64,000 bases of DNA from Glycera tridactyla (lineage: Eukaryota): NCBI GenBank assembly GCA_965644265.1, contig OZ286459.1, positions 50,840,001 to 50,904,000 on the forward strand, in the 5' to 3' direction. The notes below the pieces were generated by a model. It ran no database searches, had not been told where the DNA came from, and saw only the letters and a program-made list of their open reading frames with translations. Positions 21,400 through 32,635 of this stretch are shown here, one piece after another. Position numbers and translations under genes: made by a program. Position 1 is the stretch's first letter, and each line of letters begins with the position of its first letter.

Positions 21400-22130
21400 T
21401 GTTATCATGAACATACTTTTATATGATTCGCTGCTACAGTCTGGAATGATTGGTCTCCCAGGGGGCATCTTGTCTTGAACTGGCCAATTATTATGAGTTT
21501 TATGAATTTTGGGCAGTAAGTATAGCTGCCTGGGCCTCAGATCTGATGGTGGTAACAGATAGGAGAGCTGTTTCTGAGTGATGAATTTTTGTTCATGAAG
21601 TTCAGACAGAATGTGCTTTTTTTCTTCTGCTGTATCTGGAAAAATTGGCACATCCAGTTTTCTATAGTGAGTGGCATTGTTCAATTGACGGTAGCCCTCA
21701 GCTATGTATAAGTCTCTATCCATGATGACACTTTCTTAGCCCTTGTCAGCTGGTTTTATCACAATTTCCGGATCATTCCTTAATGAATGTATAGCCTGAA
21801 ATTCTTCCTTGGTCATATTCCTGACCTTTTGTTTTGGAATAGGAATATTACTAATATCATCATGGATTGCTTTGATTGTGTCCAATACATCATTAGAGAT
21901 GTTTTTGTCTGAAGGTGTCCATTCTGATTTTGCAGTGAACTTCATTTTGTGAAATTTAGTGAGGTCAGATTTCCTAAAGTGGTAGGCCAGTTTGAGACGA
22001 CGCCCAAAGTCAGTAGCAGCTCTCAAGATAGGTGTGTGGGATGAGACACGAGGAGTTGGAATGAAGTCCCCGGTCAAGGATGAAATACTCGGTCTGGTTG
22101 AGTTCCACACTAGATAGGTTCACGACAGTA
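21400..22130 (-). mobile_element. Penelope-like element (PLE) RT N-terminal region, decayed and truncated
   Basis: NTVVNLSSVEL...FIPTP, FGRRLKLAYHF, IVIKPADKG, LYLLPKIHK and PGRPII are hallmark PLE RT N-terminal motifs. Confidence 0.88.
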
Positions 22131-22169
22131 TTACCATGAGTGGGTCCGGGTTACTGGTTTCCTCGGTAC

Positions 22170-22555
22170 AATTTAGGTGAAATGCTGGAAAATGTGTTGA
22201 ATAGTTGAGTTTGCACATTGCTCTGTCCAATGGATATTATCCCTTCTGACTTCAAATTTGGAAAAGTTAATTTGAGAAATGAACTCAACACATTCCTTCT
22301 TACTGCATACTGCAGGAAAGAGTGATGCTTTCATTCATTCTTCTGAGAGCATTCTTCTCGCTCGATTTAAGTCGATCTGAAAATTGGTTGTGTAGCAAGA
22401 AAATCTTGCTACCCACAAAGATTTCTGATAACTTGTTCACCACCTTTTCCAGGTTGATCTCATTGGTCGCGGGAGAGTTCCCCTCGATCATTGAGACCAG
22501 CAGAAATAACAATTTTGCTACGCTTCAAACCTGGATCCTGGAAACTAGGTCCATA
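22170..22555 (-). pseudogene. C-terminal half of an SGNH-hydrolase (esterase) domain of the PLE
   Basis: Manual translation gives KIVISAGLNDR (block III GxND) ... frameshifts ... RRDNIHWTEQCAN (block V DxxH), lying directly 5' of the PLE RT. Confidence 0.7.
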
Positions 22556-22929
22556 TTTAGATAGAGATAGATAGATAGATAAGATACTTCATTGAACAAA
22601 AGACATGTGACCACAGGGGTCGTGTTACATGCTGATGTTACAAAGCAATAATTTTCAAATGTAAACATGTGCTCAAGGAAGTTTAGGAACATGAACAAGA
22701 AACTGGAAAGTAGAAGCAAAATTCACAAATTTGATGTAGTATGATATGAAGGAATGAGAGAGGATGAGATCTAAAAAGTGAAGGAAAGAAAGAGAGGAAG
22801 AAAGAAAGAAAGAAAGAAAGGAAAAGAAAAGAAAGAAATAAAGAAAGAGAGAAAGTATAAATATTTGTGTGAGGGAGATATATATATATATATAAACAAA
22901 TGAGATCAAAGGTAAGTAGGGACTAAAGA
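22556..22929 (-). mobile_element. 3' end of LINE X with (TATC)n tail (piece 3 of 3)
   Basis: aacaaaagacatgtgaccacaggg..ttacatgctgatgtt is shared with the 3' end of the LINE at about 47600-47660; microsatellite tail; pyrimidine-rich 3' UTR on the minus strand. Confidence 0.7.
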
Positions 22930-23497
22930 GATCTATCTGTACCATTTCTCCCTCAAATTTAGCATTCCCCGGGCCGATAGGCCTACGTGCGAACATAACA
23001 ACAACACGAATAATAATTCGTGGACTGAAACCCTGCCGCCGTACCCTAACGCTAGGTGGCTTTGCACACCGCGTTGCTTCCGTATTCCCCGAATATCGCC
23101 GTATTTTTCAACTTCGCCATATTGGAAGGTTGTCAAATACCGGGCTCTCGAGAAATTCAATAATTATTGTGTTTTTCTAGCGCCTACGACTTTGAGGTGA
23201 AGTTTATCGAGCGCGCGCCGTGTGTCCGCATCTGTCGGACTGCCCGTCGAGCGCAGCTTGTTTGTTTACCTTGAAATATTGCGAACTGAATATTGTGTTT
23301 GTCAACCACGCGTTGCGTGGTGCCGATCCGTACCCGTTTGAAATAGCGCCGTGTCAGTGCGTTGCACTGTACGGCGTTTGTGATTTTCATATCTCTGTGT
23401 GTACCAATTAGTGTTATTGTACCAACTCTGATAAAGAGAGAATTTAACACGAGTTACGCTTAGGCGTCGGGACCCTGAGGTGTGATTACGGGTAGGG

Positions 23498-26400
23498 TTG
23501 GTTATGTCGACCATGTCACAAAAACGGGGGGGGTGTGGCCATTTCATGGCAATCTGGGATGGTCACACTAAGTGTCCATCATGTAGACCTTGCGGGAAGG
23601 CCACTAATCCTAGTGTGACAGGAGAGACCGTTTGTACAGTTTGTTCAGAATGGTCACCAGAATTGTGGGCTCGTCATTACAGCCGTAGGACCTCTGTTTC
23701 AAAGAAAGGAAAGAAACGAGCTTCTGATCCTGGGGGGGTGGTTAGGGTGGCATCTGTGGTGTCACAATCGTCCCTAAAATCAGGTCAGACTGAACCTATA
23801 GCGAAAGCCCCTAAGATTTGCTCTCCTGTCCGTTGTCCCCGTTCAGATGATGGGTCGGTGTCAGTGACTTCTAAAAGTTGGGAGGAACAATTTTCATTGC
23901 GTCCTAAGCTGTTCAAAATGTTGAAGCAGAATCGAGCTGAAAAGAAGTCATCTGTGAGTGAGGCGTCAAAAGAGATCACATCAACTTTCACTAGGAGTAG
24001 AAAATCGACTAAGCAAAGTCCAAAATCTAGCTCTAAGAAGAGATATAAAGTGATTTCTCCTTTGCAGAAGCCTCCTTGGCCTTGTTCTAGGCAATCTGAT
24101 CAAGTGTGTGAGGAGTCAGTGGATGAAGCCCCGGTGTGTCCGGAGTCGGACGTGTCCGGCAATGAGTCTGGTCCGGGGAGCGAGGATCGCTCAGTGTCCG
24201 GTGTCTCTCTTTCTCCTGGGATGGGAGTTAAAGTGGTTTCCCCCGGGAATACTACGGATGTGAGAGACAGGCAAGACTCAGATGGCTTGTCCGGAGAGGC
24301 TAGGTCCGATACTGAAATGCTGCCGAATGCCCATATTGATTCGTATAGTGTGTGCTCGGGGGAGTGTGATTCCGTCCGTTTCGGGGACAGAGAGGATGAG
24401 CATCATACTCCTTGTCCGGTGGTCCCGTCCGGGAGCCGGTCGTCTGATACACGCAATTCAGATCAGGGTGTCCGGTCCGGTGTCCGGTCTGGTGTCCGGT
24501 CCGGTGGACTGTCTGGTGACCGGTCTGGTGAACGGTCTGGTGGTCTGTCCGGTGACCGGTCCGGTGATCGATCTGGTGATCGGTCTGGTGGTATGTCCTG
24601 TGACCGGTCTGGTGATCGGTCTGGTGGACTGTCCGGTGACCGGTCTGGTGGAGTGTCCGGTGACCGAGCTGGTGAGCGGTCCGGTGGACTGTCCGGTGAC
24701 CGGTCCGGTGGACGATCTGGTGAACGGTCCGGTGGTCTGTCCGGTGTCCGGTCCGGTGGCATGTCCGGTGTCCGGTCCGGTGGCCTGTCCGGTGTCCGGT
24801 CCGGTGGACTGTCCGGTGACCAGTCCGGTGGTCTGTCCGGTGACCAGTCCGGTGGTCTGTCCGGTGACCAGTCCGGTGGTCTGTCCGGTGACCGGTCCGG
24901 TGGTCGGTCCGGTGGTCTGTCCGGTGACCGGTCCGGTGGACATTCTGGTGAACGGTCTGGTGAGCGATCAGGTGGCCGATCAGGTGAATTGTCCGGTGAC
25001 CGGTCAGGTGGACTGTCTGGTGAATGGTCCGGTGGACGGTCCGGTGACCAATCTGGTGGTCGTTTAGCTCAGAATAAGACCCTCAGTGTCCGTTCTTCTG
25101 GTAGTCGAGCAGAGCGTGAGCTATTGTCTAACTTGAATGTGTCTCCAGTCAGGAGTACTGTCCGCCAGGACGCACGTACTGGGGCAGTTTGCAGGAAGAG
25201 GGATGACAGTAGTATAGGTGTACAAGCTAAACGCAGGAAAATACCATCATCCTCAGTTGGAGAGAATTCTCTGTCAACTCGGTCTAAACCTGTGTCTAGT
25301 GACAAATATTTGCCTAAAAAGGTTAGACAGTCAAAATCTTCGGTCCAGGATAGTGGTCAGGTGTTTGTAAAACGTCTGGATCCGGCAGTGTTTGGCTCAG
25401 ATTCTCCGAAGTCCAGTCTGGATCTCAAGCTGGAGAGGATGGCTAGTCAGCGTAAAATGTTGGAGGACCGTTTAGGTGACATTAGACTTATGATGCATGA
25501 TCTAGCCACAGGAGTTCAATCCAGTAGAGAACCTTCTCGTCCTTCTTCTGTTCCTAAGTCTCCAGATACAGTGAGTAGTATGGAGAGTGCGGTTGACCCT
25601 CCAATTCCAGTGAGTAGTACGGGGTCTTCCCATGGGGGCAGTTCTGGGGGACGTCCTAATGTCCCTCACACAGCAGCTGCTCCAGACCAGGAGGCAGTGA
25701 TGGGGCCGCGTAGAAATGAGTCTGGGGAATGGCAGGAATTCAGAAGGCCAGAAGACGTTCAACAGAATGCTCAAATGAGGGCGATGCAGGAACGCATCAA
25801 TGAGCTGATTGCTAGGGCTGACAGGAGAGACGAGGAATCGAGAAATAGGGATGTTTCGGGAGAGGATTCAGATAACGATGAACACCCTATTGTGACGAAG
25901 CGTCTTAGGACGTTCCGTAAGTTTGCTGTGGAAGCCCTGCCCTCTGACGTTCCTTTGCCTCAACCCACTGATTTACCGAGTTGGAGTGTGGTTAGGAGGA
26001 ATGTGAATATTCCTCAGGATGAGGGCAGACATGATAGAGAGGTATCAAGAATGGTGGAGTCAGCGCTACCCTTGTCCTCGCTACTGATCAATGCCCAAGA
26101 GGTATTGGATAGAAGTCTGCAGGGTTTGGAGAAAGAAGATCCTGTACAGGCTGTGTCTGTTCCATTTGAGGATTTTGTGATTGGTCAAGGTGGTATGTTT
26201 GAGGCCAATGCTCGTTACTTCAAGTCCAATCAGCCTAAAGTTTACGGGTGTAACCCGCGTTCTTACGCTATTAGGAAGAACCCTCACAAGCCTAAGGGCT
26301 ATCTGGTGGAAACGCCTAAGGTTGATGGGGACTATGCCCAGTATGGAAAGGCCTCTAAGGCAGACCTTAAGCCTAGCAATGACGAGGTGACGCTGAGGGA

Positions 26401-26965
26401 GGTGTTGAAAATGCTCAGCTACACCGACATATCTTTAGCTGCAGGTTTAGGAGCGGCAGACTTGACCGACAGTCATATTCCGGACGTTAAAACCAAGGCG
26501 AGGGAGGCTATAGGCATTGGTCTCTTAGCTTTGGAACATGTAGCTCTGATGGTTCTCAAGGTGGTGGGTAATATGGAGCTGGCGCGCCGTACCACTGCCT
26601 TGAAAACAATCAACTTTGATGAGGAGACGAAGGCCAAGCTCCGAGTGTTGCCGCTTGGACAACCCTTTCTATTTGGCGGCAAGCTTGATGAGGCCTCTAC
26701 TAGAGCAGGCGAGGTAGGAAGGAGGACACGGGAGTTGGACCATGATTTCAAACCGAAACCGGATAGATCCTCTTCTAATCAGTCCAAATCCTCTCAGAAA
26801 TCGTCGAAAGCGTCCAAATCTAGGGGGAAGGGTCGAGGCAATCGGGGAAAGGGCCGTGGTAAAGGCTCGTCCCAGAAGCAAGGCTCTCAGGATAAGTCTT
26901 CTCCTACAGAGTTCAAGGTGACGTTCCCTAAATCTAAGGGTAGGGGGAAACAGCACCAGCCCTAG
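23498..26965 (+). CDS. DIRS ORF1 (gag-like), 1155 aa with long SGDRSGG repeat
   Basis: [22 protein letters not shown]...CTVCSEW finger; C-terminal [12 protein letters not shown]...[16 protein letters not shown]; RG-rich tail. Confidence 0.9.
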   Translation: MVMSTMSQKRGGCGHFMAIWDGHTKCPSCRPCGKATNPSVTGETVCTVCSEWSPELWARHYSRRTSVSKKGKKRASDPGGVVRVASVVSQSSLKSGQTEPIAKAPKICSPVRCPRSDDGSVSVTSKSWEEQFSLRPKLFKMLKQNRAEKKSSVSEASKEITSTFTRSRKSTKQSPKSSSKKRYKVISPLQKPPWPCSRQSDQVCEESVDEAPVCPESDVSGNESGPGSEDRSVSGVSLSPGMGVKVVSPGNTTDVRDRQDSDGLSGEARSDTEMLPNAHIDSYSVCSGECDSVRFGDREDEHHTPCPVVPSGSRSSDTRNSDQGVRSGVRSGVRSGGLSGDRSGERSGGLSGDRSGDRSGDRSGGMSCDRSGDRSGGLSGDRSGGVSGDRAGERSGGLSGDRSGGRSGERSGGLSGVRSGGMSGVRSGGLSGVRSGGLSGDQSGGLSGDQSGGLSGDQSGGLSGDRSGGRSGGLSGDRSGGHSGERSGERSGGRSGELSGDRSGGLSGEWSGGRSGDQSGGRLAQNKTLSVRSSGSRAERELLSNLNVSPVRSTVRQDARTGAVCRKRDDSSIGVQAKRRKIPSSSVGENSLSTRSKPVSSDKYLPKKVRQSKSSVQDSGQVFVKRLDPAVFGSDSPKSSLDLKLERMASQRKMLEDRLGDIRLMMHDLATGVQSSREPSRPSSVPKSPDTVSSMESAVDPPIPVSSTGSSHGGSSGGRPNVPHTAAAPDQEAVMGPRRNESGEWQEFRRPEDVQQNAQMRAMQERINELIARADRRDEESRNRDVSGEDSDNDEHPIVTKRLRTFRKFAVEALPSDVPLPQPTDLPSWSVVRRNVNIPQDEGRHDREVSRMVESALPLSSLLINAQEVLDRSLQGLEKEDPVQAVSVPFEDFVIGQGGMFEANARYFKSNQPKVYGCNPRSYAIRKNPHKPKGYLVETPKVDGDYAQYGKASKADLKPSNDEVTLREVLKMLSYTDISLAAGLGAADLTDSHIPDVKTKAREAIGIGLLALEHVALMVLKVVGNMELARRTTALKTINFDEETKAKLRVLPLGQPFLFGGKLDEASTRAGEVGRRTRELDHDFKPKPDRSSSNQSKSSQKSSKASKSRGKGRGNRGKGRGKGSSQKQGSQDKSSPTEFKVTFPKSKGRGKQHQP
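24460..25065 (+). repeat. CCGG-rich 12/24-bp-based coding tandem repeat (SGDRSGG[L]) in element 3 gag
   Basis: Repeated ccggtgaccggt / ccggtggtctgt units; several overlapping frames are stop-free. Confidence 0.92.
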
Positions 26966-29944
26966 GGCTTTGTGCGCCACACCGAAGAAGTCGCAGATCG
27001 TGGGAGCTCGTCTCCTTCAATTCCTTCCCGCTTGGAAGGACCTCACATCAAACCGCTTTGTTTTGGACATAGTGGGGATGGGCCTCTCGTTGTCCTTTCG
27101 GGAGCAGCCGCCACTTTCGAAAACTTTCTTGCCCTTTACTCTTCCGAAAGGGCAACAGAAGAGAGAGGCGCTGCTCTCGGAGATCAGAAGCATGGTAGAC
27201 AAGCATGCGGTGGTCCCAGTAGATCTTTCAGATCAAGAAGGGTTCTACTGCAACCTGTTTCTGGTCGCCAAGGCGACGGGAGGCTTCAGACCCGTGATAA
27301 ACTTAAAACCGTTAAACGCATACGTTTACAACCAGAAGTTCAAGATGGAGACGGCCGCGTCAGTTGTCAAGTCAGTGGCTTTGAACGACTGGACCGTCTC
27401 CATCGACCTCAAGGATGCATACTTTCACATCCCGATGCATCCTCGTTATCAGAAATATCTGCGATTTGCCGTGTCTCCAAAGGAGGCTTATCAATTTCGA
27501 GCTCTCCCTTTCGGACTGAACACGGCACCACGGGTGTTCACCATGGTTCTTCGGGAAGTGGCGCACCACTTACACGAGCAGGGGATCAAAGTCCACTTCT
27601 ACCTGGACGATTGGCTCCTGAGACACCAGAATCCGTCGGTTTTACAGAATCAGTTGGAGTACGTCCTTCGTCTGGCGGCCAGGCTGGGGTGGGTGGTCAA
27701 CAAGGAAAAGTCGGATTTGATTCCCAGCCAGACTTTTACTTATCTGGGAATAGAATTCGACACCCACGCCGGTCTGGTCAGACCAGCAATCAAGAGGGTG
27801 GAAAAGATGATTCTTTGCACAAGGCTGTTTCTGCGCAGACCTTGTCAACCGGCGCGAGCGGTGCTCAGGTTGCTAGGCCATATGTCCAGTATGGCGGGCT
27901 TTGTGAACCTGGGTCGTTTGTATATGAGACCGATTCAAATGGCCTTACTCTCACAGTGGAGGCCGTTTATGGATCATCTGGAGATGATGGTCTCTATGCC
28001 CTCAGAAGTCATGGGGATCCTGACTTGGTGGGGGGATCGATCCAATCTGTACAAAGGGGTTCCTTTGGTTCCTCCTCGACCGACTATGACATTGGTCACG
28101 GATGCTTCTCTCGATGGTTGGGGGGCGCATCTGTCAAAGGGGGAGAGCATGTGGCAGGCTTCGGGCACATGGCCTCAGTCGCGTCAGGACCACTCCATCA
28201 ATGTGTTGGAGTTAGAGACGATTTTTCTGGCACTGGAGGAGTTCTCTTCCAGAATTCAGAACCAGGTTCTTCTGGTATTATGCGACAATGTAACGGCTGT
28301 GTCTTATTTGTCGAAGCAGGGAGGCACCCATTCATCCCTGCTTTGCGGGTTGGCTTGGAGGATCTTCATGCTAACTCGGGGGTTGGGTGTCTCTCTAAAG
28401 GTCCGACATATTCCGGGCAAGCGCAATGTGCTTGCGGATGCTCTCTCCCGTTCGAAGCCGATCAACACGGAATGGGAACTGGACGAAGGGGTTTTTCACC
28501 AGGTCGTGGACTGTTTCAAACTATGTCCGTTGATAGATCTCATGGCAACCCCGTTGAACGCGAAACTTCCGGTGTTTGTATCTCCATTCCCGGACCAAAG
28601 GGCGTTCGCGGTAGACGCTCTGTCCTTGCCGTGGAATCAGTTCGGAGTGGCGTATATTTTCCCTCCGACGGCACTGATTCGGGAGGTTCTCAATGCTCTA
28701 AGAGGTCAGGAAACCACGCTGATTTGCATAGCCCCTTGGTGGCCAAATCAGTCGTGGTTTCCGGACCTTCTGGAGATGTCTATCGATCTCCCAAGAGAGT
28801 TACCTCCTATCGCGTCTCTCCTAACCCAAGTGGTGAATCGGAGAAGACTACATCATTTCAGACCCCAGGTCATGAATCTGACCGCATGGTGTTTGTCCGG
28901 AGTGCCCTCTCCAGCAGGGGTTACTCGGCAGAGGCAACGAAGCGGATCGCTTCATCTGTCCGTTCATCCTCAGCGCGCATCTATGACTCCAGATGGAAGA
29001 GGTGGTTTTACTGGTGCCAGTCCAACAGGGTGGATTGTAAGAATCCCCTTGCACCACAAGTAGTGGAATTCTTCCTCTCTCTTTTTGACGCCGGTCTGAA
29101 GCCGGCTACCATCTGGGGTTATAGAAATGCGCTCCAATCTGTATTCGTTTATACGGATTGCTCTGTTTTGGATGGTCGTGTTATGAAGGCTCTGCAGAGT
29201 AACTTTGCGCTGGAGAGGCCAGTGTCCAACAGACCCACTCCTCAGTGGAATCTTGCCGTGGTTTTGCGTTTTCTGTCATCTCAGCGTTTTACGCTCTCTC
29301 CAACTATTTCGTTGGTCGATTTGACAAGAAAGACGGCCTTTCTGTTGACACTGGCTTCGGGCAGACGCCGGAGTGAGGTTCGTGCCTTTTCTGGGTCTGA
29401 AGGATCCGTGATCTTTGCGGCTGACAGATCTTCTGTTAAGCTGTTTTCGGTTCCTGGGTTTTTGGCTAAAGGCCAGAAGCCTTCCAAACGATCTCCTACT
29501 GTGACTATTCCCGCTATTCCTCCTGGTAGAGGAAATGAGACACTGTGTCCGGTTCGCAATCTGGAATACTACCTGAGGGTGGTTTCTGAATTCAGAGGTA
29601 ACCGGGTAAGACTTTTTGTGCCACCTAATCGTTTCACGTCAGCAGAGATTAGGGTGGATCGCTTGTCCTGCTGGATTCAGCAGGTAGTGCGTTTGGCCTA
29701 TGATTGTTCTGATCAGGTCATGCGGGATGAATCAGTCTCTGCCCATGAGGTCAGGGCTATTTCGACCTCTTGGAGATCACTGAACCACGCGTGTCCTGTT
29801 GAGGACCTAATGCAGGCCGCTTATTGGAGGTCTTCCAATACCTTCCTCTCGTTCTATCTGAGAGACATGTGCGGCCAGGCTGGGGATCTATACTCCTTGG
29901 GCCCGATCGTGGCGGCCCAATCTCTGGTAGACCCAGCCGACTAG
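26966..29944 (+). CDS. DIRS YR ORF with long N-terminal extension overlapping pol; YR domain from ~28885
   Basis: ORF track 26972..29944, open from 26966; SGRRRSEVRAF, FLAKGQ, AHEVRAIS, AAYWRS and TFLSFYLRD. Confidence 0.92.
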   Translation, partial: GFVRHTEEVADRGSSSPSIPSRLEGPHIKPLCFGHSGDGPLVVLSGAAATFENFLALYSSERATEERGAALGDQKHGRQACGGPSRSFRSRRVLLQPVSGRQGDGRLQTRDKLKTVKRIRLQPEVQDGDGRVSCQVSGFERLDRLHRPQGCILSHPDASSLSEISAICRVSKGGLSISSSPFRTEHGTTGVHHGSSGSGAPLTRAGDQSPLLPGRLAPETPESVGFTESVGVRPSSGGQAGVGGQQGKVGFDSQPDFYLSGNRIRHPRRSGQTSNQEGGKDDSLHKAVSAQTLSTGASGAQVARPYVQYGGLCEPGSFVYETDSNGLTLTVEAVYGSSGDDGLYALRSHGDPDLVGGSIQSVQRGSFGSSSTDYDIGHGCFSRWLGGASVKGGEHVAGFGHMASVASGPLHQCVGVRDDFSGTGGVLFQNSEPGSSGIMRQCNGCVLFVEAGRHPFIPALRVGLEDLHANSGVGCLSKGPTYSGQAQCACGCSLPFEADQHGMGTGRRGFSPGRGLFQTMSVDRSHGNPVERETSGVCISIPGPKGVRGRRSVLAVESVRSGVYFPSDGTDSGGSQCSKRSGNHADLHSPLVAKSVVVSGPSGDVYRSPKRVTSYRVSPNPSGESEKTTSFQTPGHESDRMVFVRSALSSRGYSAEATKRIASSVRSSSARIYDSRWKRWFYWCQSNRVDCKNPLAPQVVEFFLSLFDAGLKPATIWGYRNALQSVFVYTDCSVLDGRVMKALQSNFALERPVSNRPTPQWNLAVVLRFLSSQRFTLSPTISLVDLTRKTAFLLTLASGRRRSEVRAFSGSEGSVIFAADRSSVKLFSVPGFLAKGQKPSKRSPTVTIPAIPPGRGNETLCPVRNLEYYLRVVSEFRGNRVRLFVPPNRFTSAEIRVDRLSCWIQQVVRLAYDCSDQVMRDESVSAHEVRAISTSWRSLNHACPVEDLMQAAYWRSSNTFLSFYLRDMCGQAGDLYSLGPIVAAQSLVDPAD
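26970..29063 (+). CDS. DIRS pol (RT + RNase H + MT-like); start uncertain
   Basis: SIDLKDAYFHIP, FYLDDWLL, TDASLDGWGA, LELETI, CDNVTAV, NVLADALSR and AYIFPP. Confidence 0.95.
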   Translation: MCATPKKSQIVGARLLQFLPAWKDLTSNRFVLDIVGMGLSLSFREQPPLSKTFLPFTLPKGQQKREALLSEIRSMVDKHAVVPVDLSDQEGFYCNLFLVAKATGGFRPVINLKPLNAYVYNQKFKMETAASVVKSVALNDWTVSIDLKDAYFHIPMHPRYQKYLRFAVSPKEAYQFRALPFGLNTAPRVFTMVLREVAHHLHEQGIKVHFYLDDWLLRHQNPSVLQNQLEYVLRLAARLGWVVNKEKSDLIPSQTFTYLGIEFDTHAGLVRPAIKRVEKMILCTRLFLRRPCQPARAVLRLLGHMSSMAGFVNLGRLYMRPIQMALLSQWRPFMDHLEMMVSMPSEVMGILTWWGDRSNLYKGVPLVPPRPTMTLVTDASLDGWGAHLSKGESMWQASGTWPQSRQDHSINVLELETIFLALEEFSSRIQNQVLLVLCDNVTAVSYLSKQGGTHSSLLCGLAWRIFMLTRGLGVSLKVRHIPGKRNVLADALSRSKPINTEWELDEGVFHQVVDCFKLCPLIDLMATPLNAKLPVFVSPFPDQRAFAVDALSLPWNQFGVAYIFPPTALIREVLNALRGQETTLICIAPWWPNQSWFPDLLEMSIDLPRELPPIASLLTQVVNRRRLHHFRPQVMNLTAWCLSGVPSPAGVTRQRQRSGSLHLSVHPQRASMTPDGRGGFTGASPTGWIVRIPLHHK

Positions 29945-30136
29945 GTGGTTCATGTTATATTGTATATGATATCTGGGGGGTTTTGATATTGTTATTTGTG
30001 TACATATCAATACTGTATATATCAATAGTATGCTGTAGAATACTCGGATGATTTGGTTTTTATTTTACCTTTTAGAAGGTATTTGTTTCCGAGAGACACG
30101 GCGTAGGATTTTATACCCTCCATCCTTGTCATATGC

Positions 30137-30230
30137 GATGCTAAATTTGAGGGAGAAATGGTACAGATAGATCCCCCCCCAGGTTTATTTATTTAACCTG
30201 GGGATCTATACTTACCATTTCTCCCTCAAA
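30137..30230 (+). repeat. ICR of element 3
   Basis: Complementary to both termini; junction cctgggggggg-atctatctgtacc. Confidence 0.95.
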
Positions 30231-30502
30231 TTGGATTATCCCTCCCGTCCGTCCCCATAAATAAAATCAGTTGAACCCTGAATTGACTAGTTGAAAAATA
30301 CGGCGATATTCGGGGAATACGGAAGCAACGCGGTGTGCAAAGCCACCTAGCGTTAGGGTACGGCGGCAGGGTTTCAGTCCACGAATTATTATTCGTGTTG
30401 TTGTTATGTTCGCACGTAGGCCTATCGGCCCGGGGAATGCTAAATTTGAGGGAGAAATGGTAAGTATAGATCCCCAGGTTAAATAAATAAACCTGGGGGG
30501 GG

Positions 30503-32635
30503 TTTTGAAGGAAGGGAGGAAATTGGAATGAGAAGAGGGAAAAAGTGAGAGCGGAGGAGGCGTTGAAATATGAGGACAGGATAGGATGGGGAAAGTAAAG
30601 AAAGCAGAAAGTTTTAAGTAGGGGCAAGATAATGATCAAAAGGAATGTGGGTTACATGATACAATATAGTACACAACATAAAAGCAATAAAAGCAGCATT
30701 TGAAAGAAGCATGCAGGCTATCAGAAATATCAGAAATATTATGTATACAAGTAGACAAAAGATCAGATCAGGCAGAACAAAAAGAGAGAAGAAGAGACAG
30801 GAGCCATATGACAATAAAATTGTGCGCAAATGGTGAGAGAGTCTCAAGTCAAATGGCGGTTTGACCAACTCAGGGCATGATTTGAATTTGGGAGGATTCT
30901 GATTAAAAGAGATATAATGTCCAGGAAGGGAAATGGTGCTCTATATGAGTCAGATAAACAGAATTCAGTGGAATTCACTGAAGTGGTTGAGCAAGGATTT
31001 TTTGAAAGAGGGGGGACTGGGAGAATGAAAAATTTCTTCGGGTAGTGATTTCCAGAGAGATACTCCCCTTGATCTGATATTGCGATCTGGGAAGGCAAGA
31101 TGATTATGGGGATAAGTTAGTAACATGCAGTTATTGGCAAAGGATCTTGTGGGGATACGAGAGGGAAAGCATCGAATGGAAAAAAGGTATCTGAAATCAG
31201 GTGGGGAGAAACCATGAAGTGCCTTGTAGATTTCAGGGAGGGTAGACAAAGTCCTCATGGTCTCTAACTTCTCCATACCGAGTTCTTGCCTGAGAGAGGT
31301 TGCAGAATAGTTCCAGCCAGTCTGCTTGATCGTGGTTAGGCAGCGGTTATGAGCTACTTGGAGTCTGGCACTGTCACCAGAGTAGCAGCCATCATGAATA
31401 TGATCACAATAGGTGAAGACCGGTTTAATGAGCAAGTTATATCGGAAAATAGCCATGTTTTCATTTATTGATGGACGTAGGAAGAATAAGGCACGTTTAC
31501 GGAGGGTAATTTTCTCGATAATTTTTTTGATATGTGCCGTGAAGTTTAAGGTGGGATCTAGAGTAATACCAAGGTATTTGAATGATTTCACGTCAGAGAT
31601 TTTCGAATTTGCATGAGTAGGACAGAGGGAGGGTAATTGGTGATTTGTACCAAAGAGCATAGAACAAGATTTGTTGGTGTTAAGGGTTAATTTAGACTCG
31701 TGAAACCAGTCAGCAGTAGTAGCTAAATCAATATTCAATTTATATTCAATATCATGAACATTAGAACCACAGTAGCATAAGGCAGTATCATCAGCATACA
31801 AAAATACATCATTGAAGCAAATATTGGCGTACATGTCATTTGTATACAATATGGATAAGAAGGGCCCTAATATAGATCCCTGAGGAACACCAAAATCAAC
31901 ATTTATGAAGGAAGAAATCTGATTATTAATTTTCACAGCTTGATTCCTGCCACTAAGATAAGAACAAAACCACAATATACAGTTTTTTCATGAAAGCCAT
32001 AAGAACTTATTTTTTTCAGCAAAAGTTCATGACACACCGTATCAAAGGCCTTCTTTAAGTCCAGGAAGAGAACCCCAGTGAGACAGCCCCTCTCCGCCCC
32101 CCTGATAAATTCTATCAAGGAGCCCAGCAAGGCATGTCCCAGTGGAGTGTCGTAAGTTTGAGAATGGATCAGTCTTTCAAAAACTTTTCCAAGGACCGGC
32201 AGGATAGAAATGGGACGAAAGTTGCCAAAGTCAGTGGTTGGGCTGGATTTGTGTATCAAGGTGACAACTACCTTTTTCCAAACGGCTGGAAATACACTTT
32301 TGTCAATAGCAAGGTTGAAGATACCAGTTAGTATAAAGGTACAATCTTCTGGGAGGAGTTAAGAAATATAAGAAGATAAGCCATCTGGTCCTGTGGCTCC
32401 TGAAGAGCTTAGATTTTTTATACTATTTTTGACATCAATGGGTGTGAGGTGGGTGAAATTAAAGAAGGGCTCGACCGGAGGGGGAGGAGCTAAAACATTT
32501 TTGAGGTGTTCATTGTTAAATTGGTCATAAAGATTTTTGCCTATGTTGGCAAAATATGAGTTGGCTTGTTCAACCAATGGAGTAGAAAAATTTCCTGAGT
32601 TAGTGTCGAGAGAGGGAGTGATGGGGGATTTTTGT
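30503..32635 (-). mobile_element. LINE X RT region and 3' UTR (piece 2 of 3), decayed
   Basis: ANSYFANIG, GPDG, NFRPISILPVLGKVFE, GVLFLDLKKAFDTV, GVPQGSILGP, YADDT and KYLGITLD; homologous to 48503..49999. Confidence 0.92.

Larger units (their letters stand above)
22930..30502 (+). mobile_element. DIRS1-type retrotransposon, element 3 (family B), full length with intact ORFs
   Basis: ITRs at 22930-23113 and 30289-30502 (identical apart from the terminal segment), ICR at 30137-30230, and three intact ORFs. Confidence 0.96.

Noticed and set aside
24282-25067. Several overlapping ORFs in other frames and strands (also 2846..3991, 57474..57911)
   Set aside because: They are shadows of stop-poor CCGG repeats or antisense to gag, with no independent coding evidence.
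30226-30639. 137-aa minus-strand ORF
   Set aside because: It spans the element 3 ITR and a LINE UTR and is low complexity, so it is a chance ORF.
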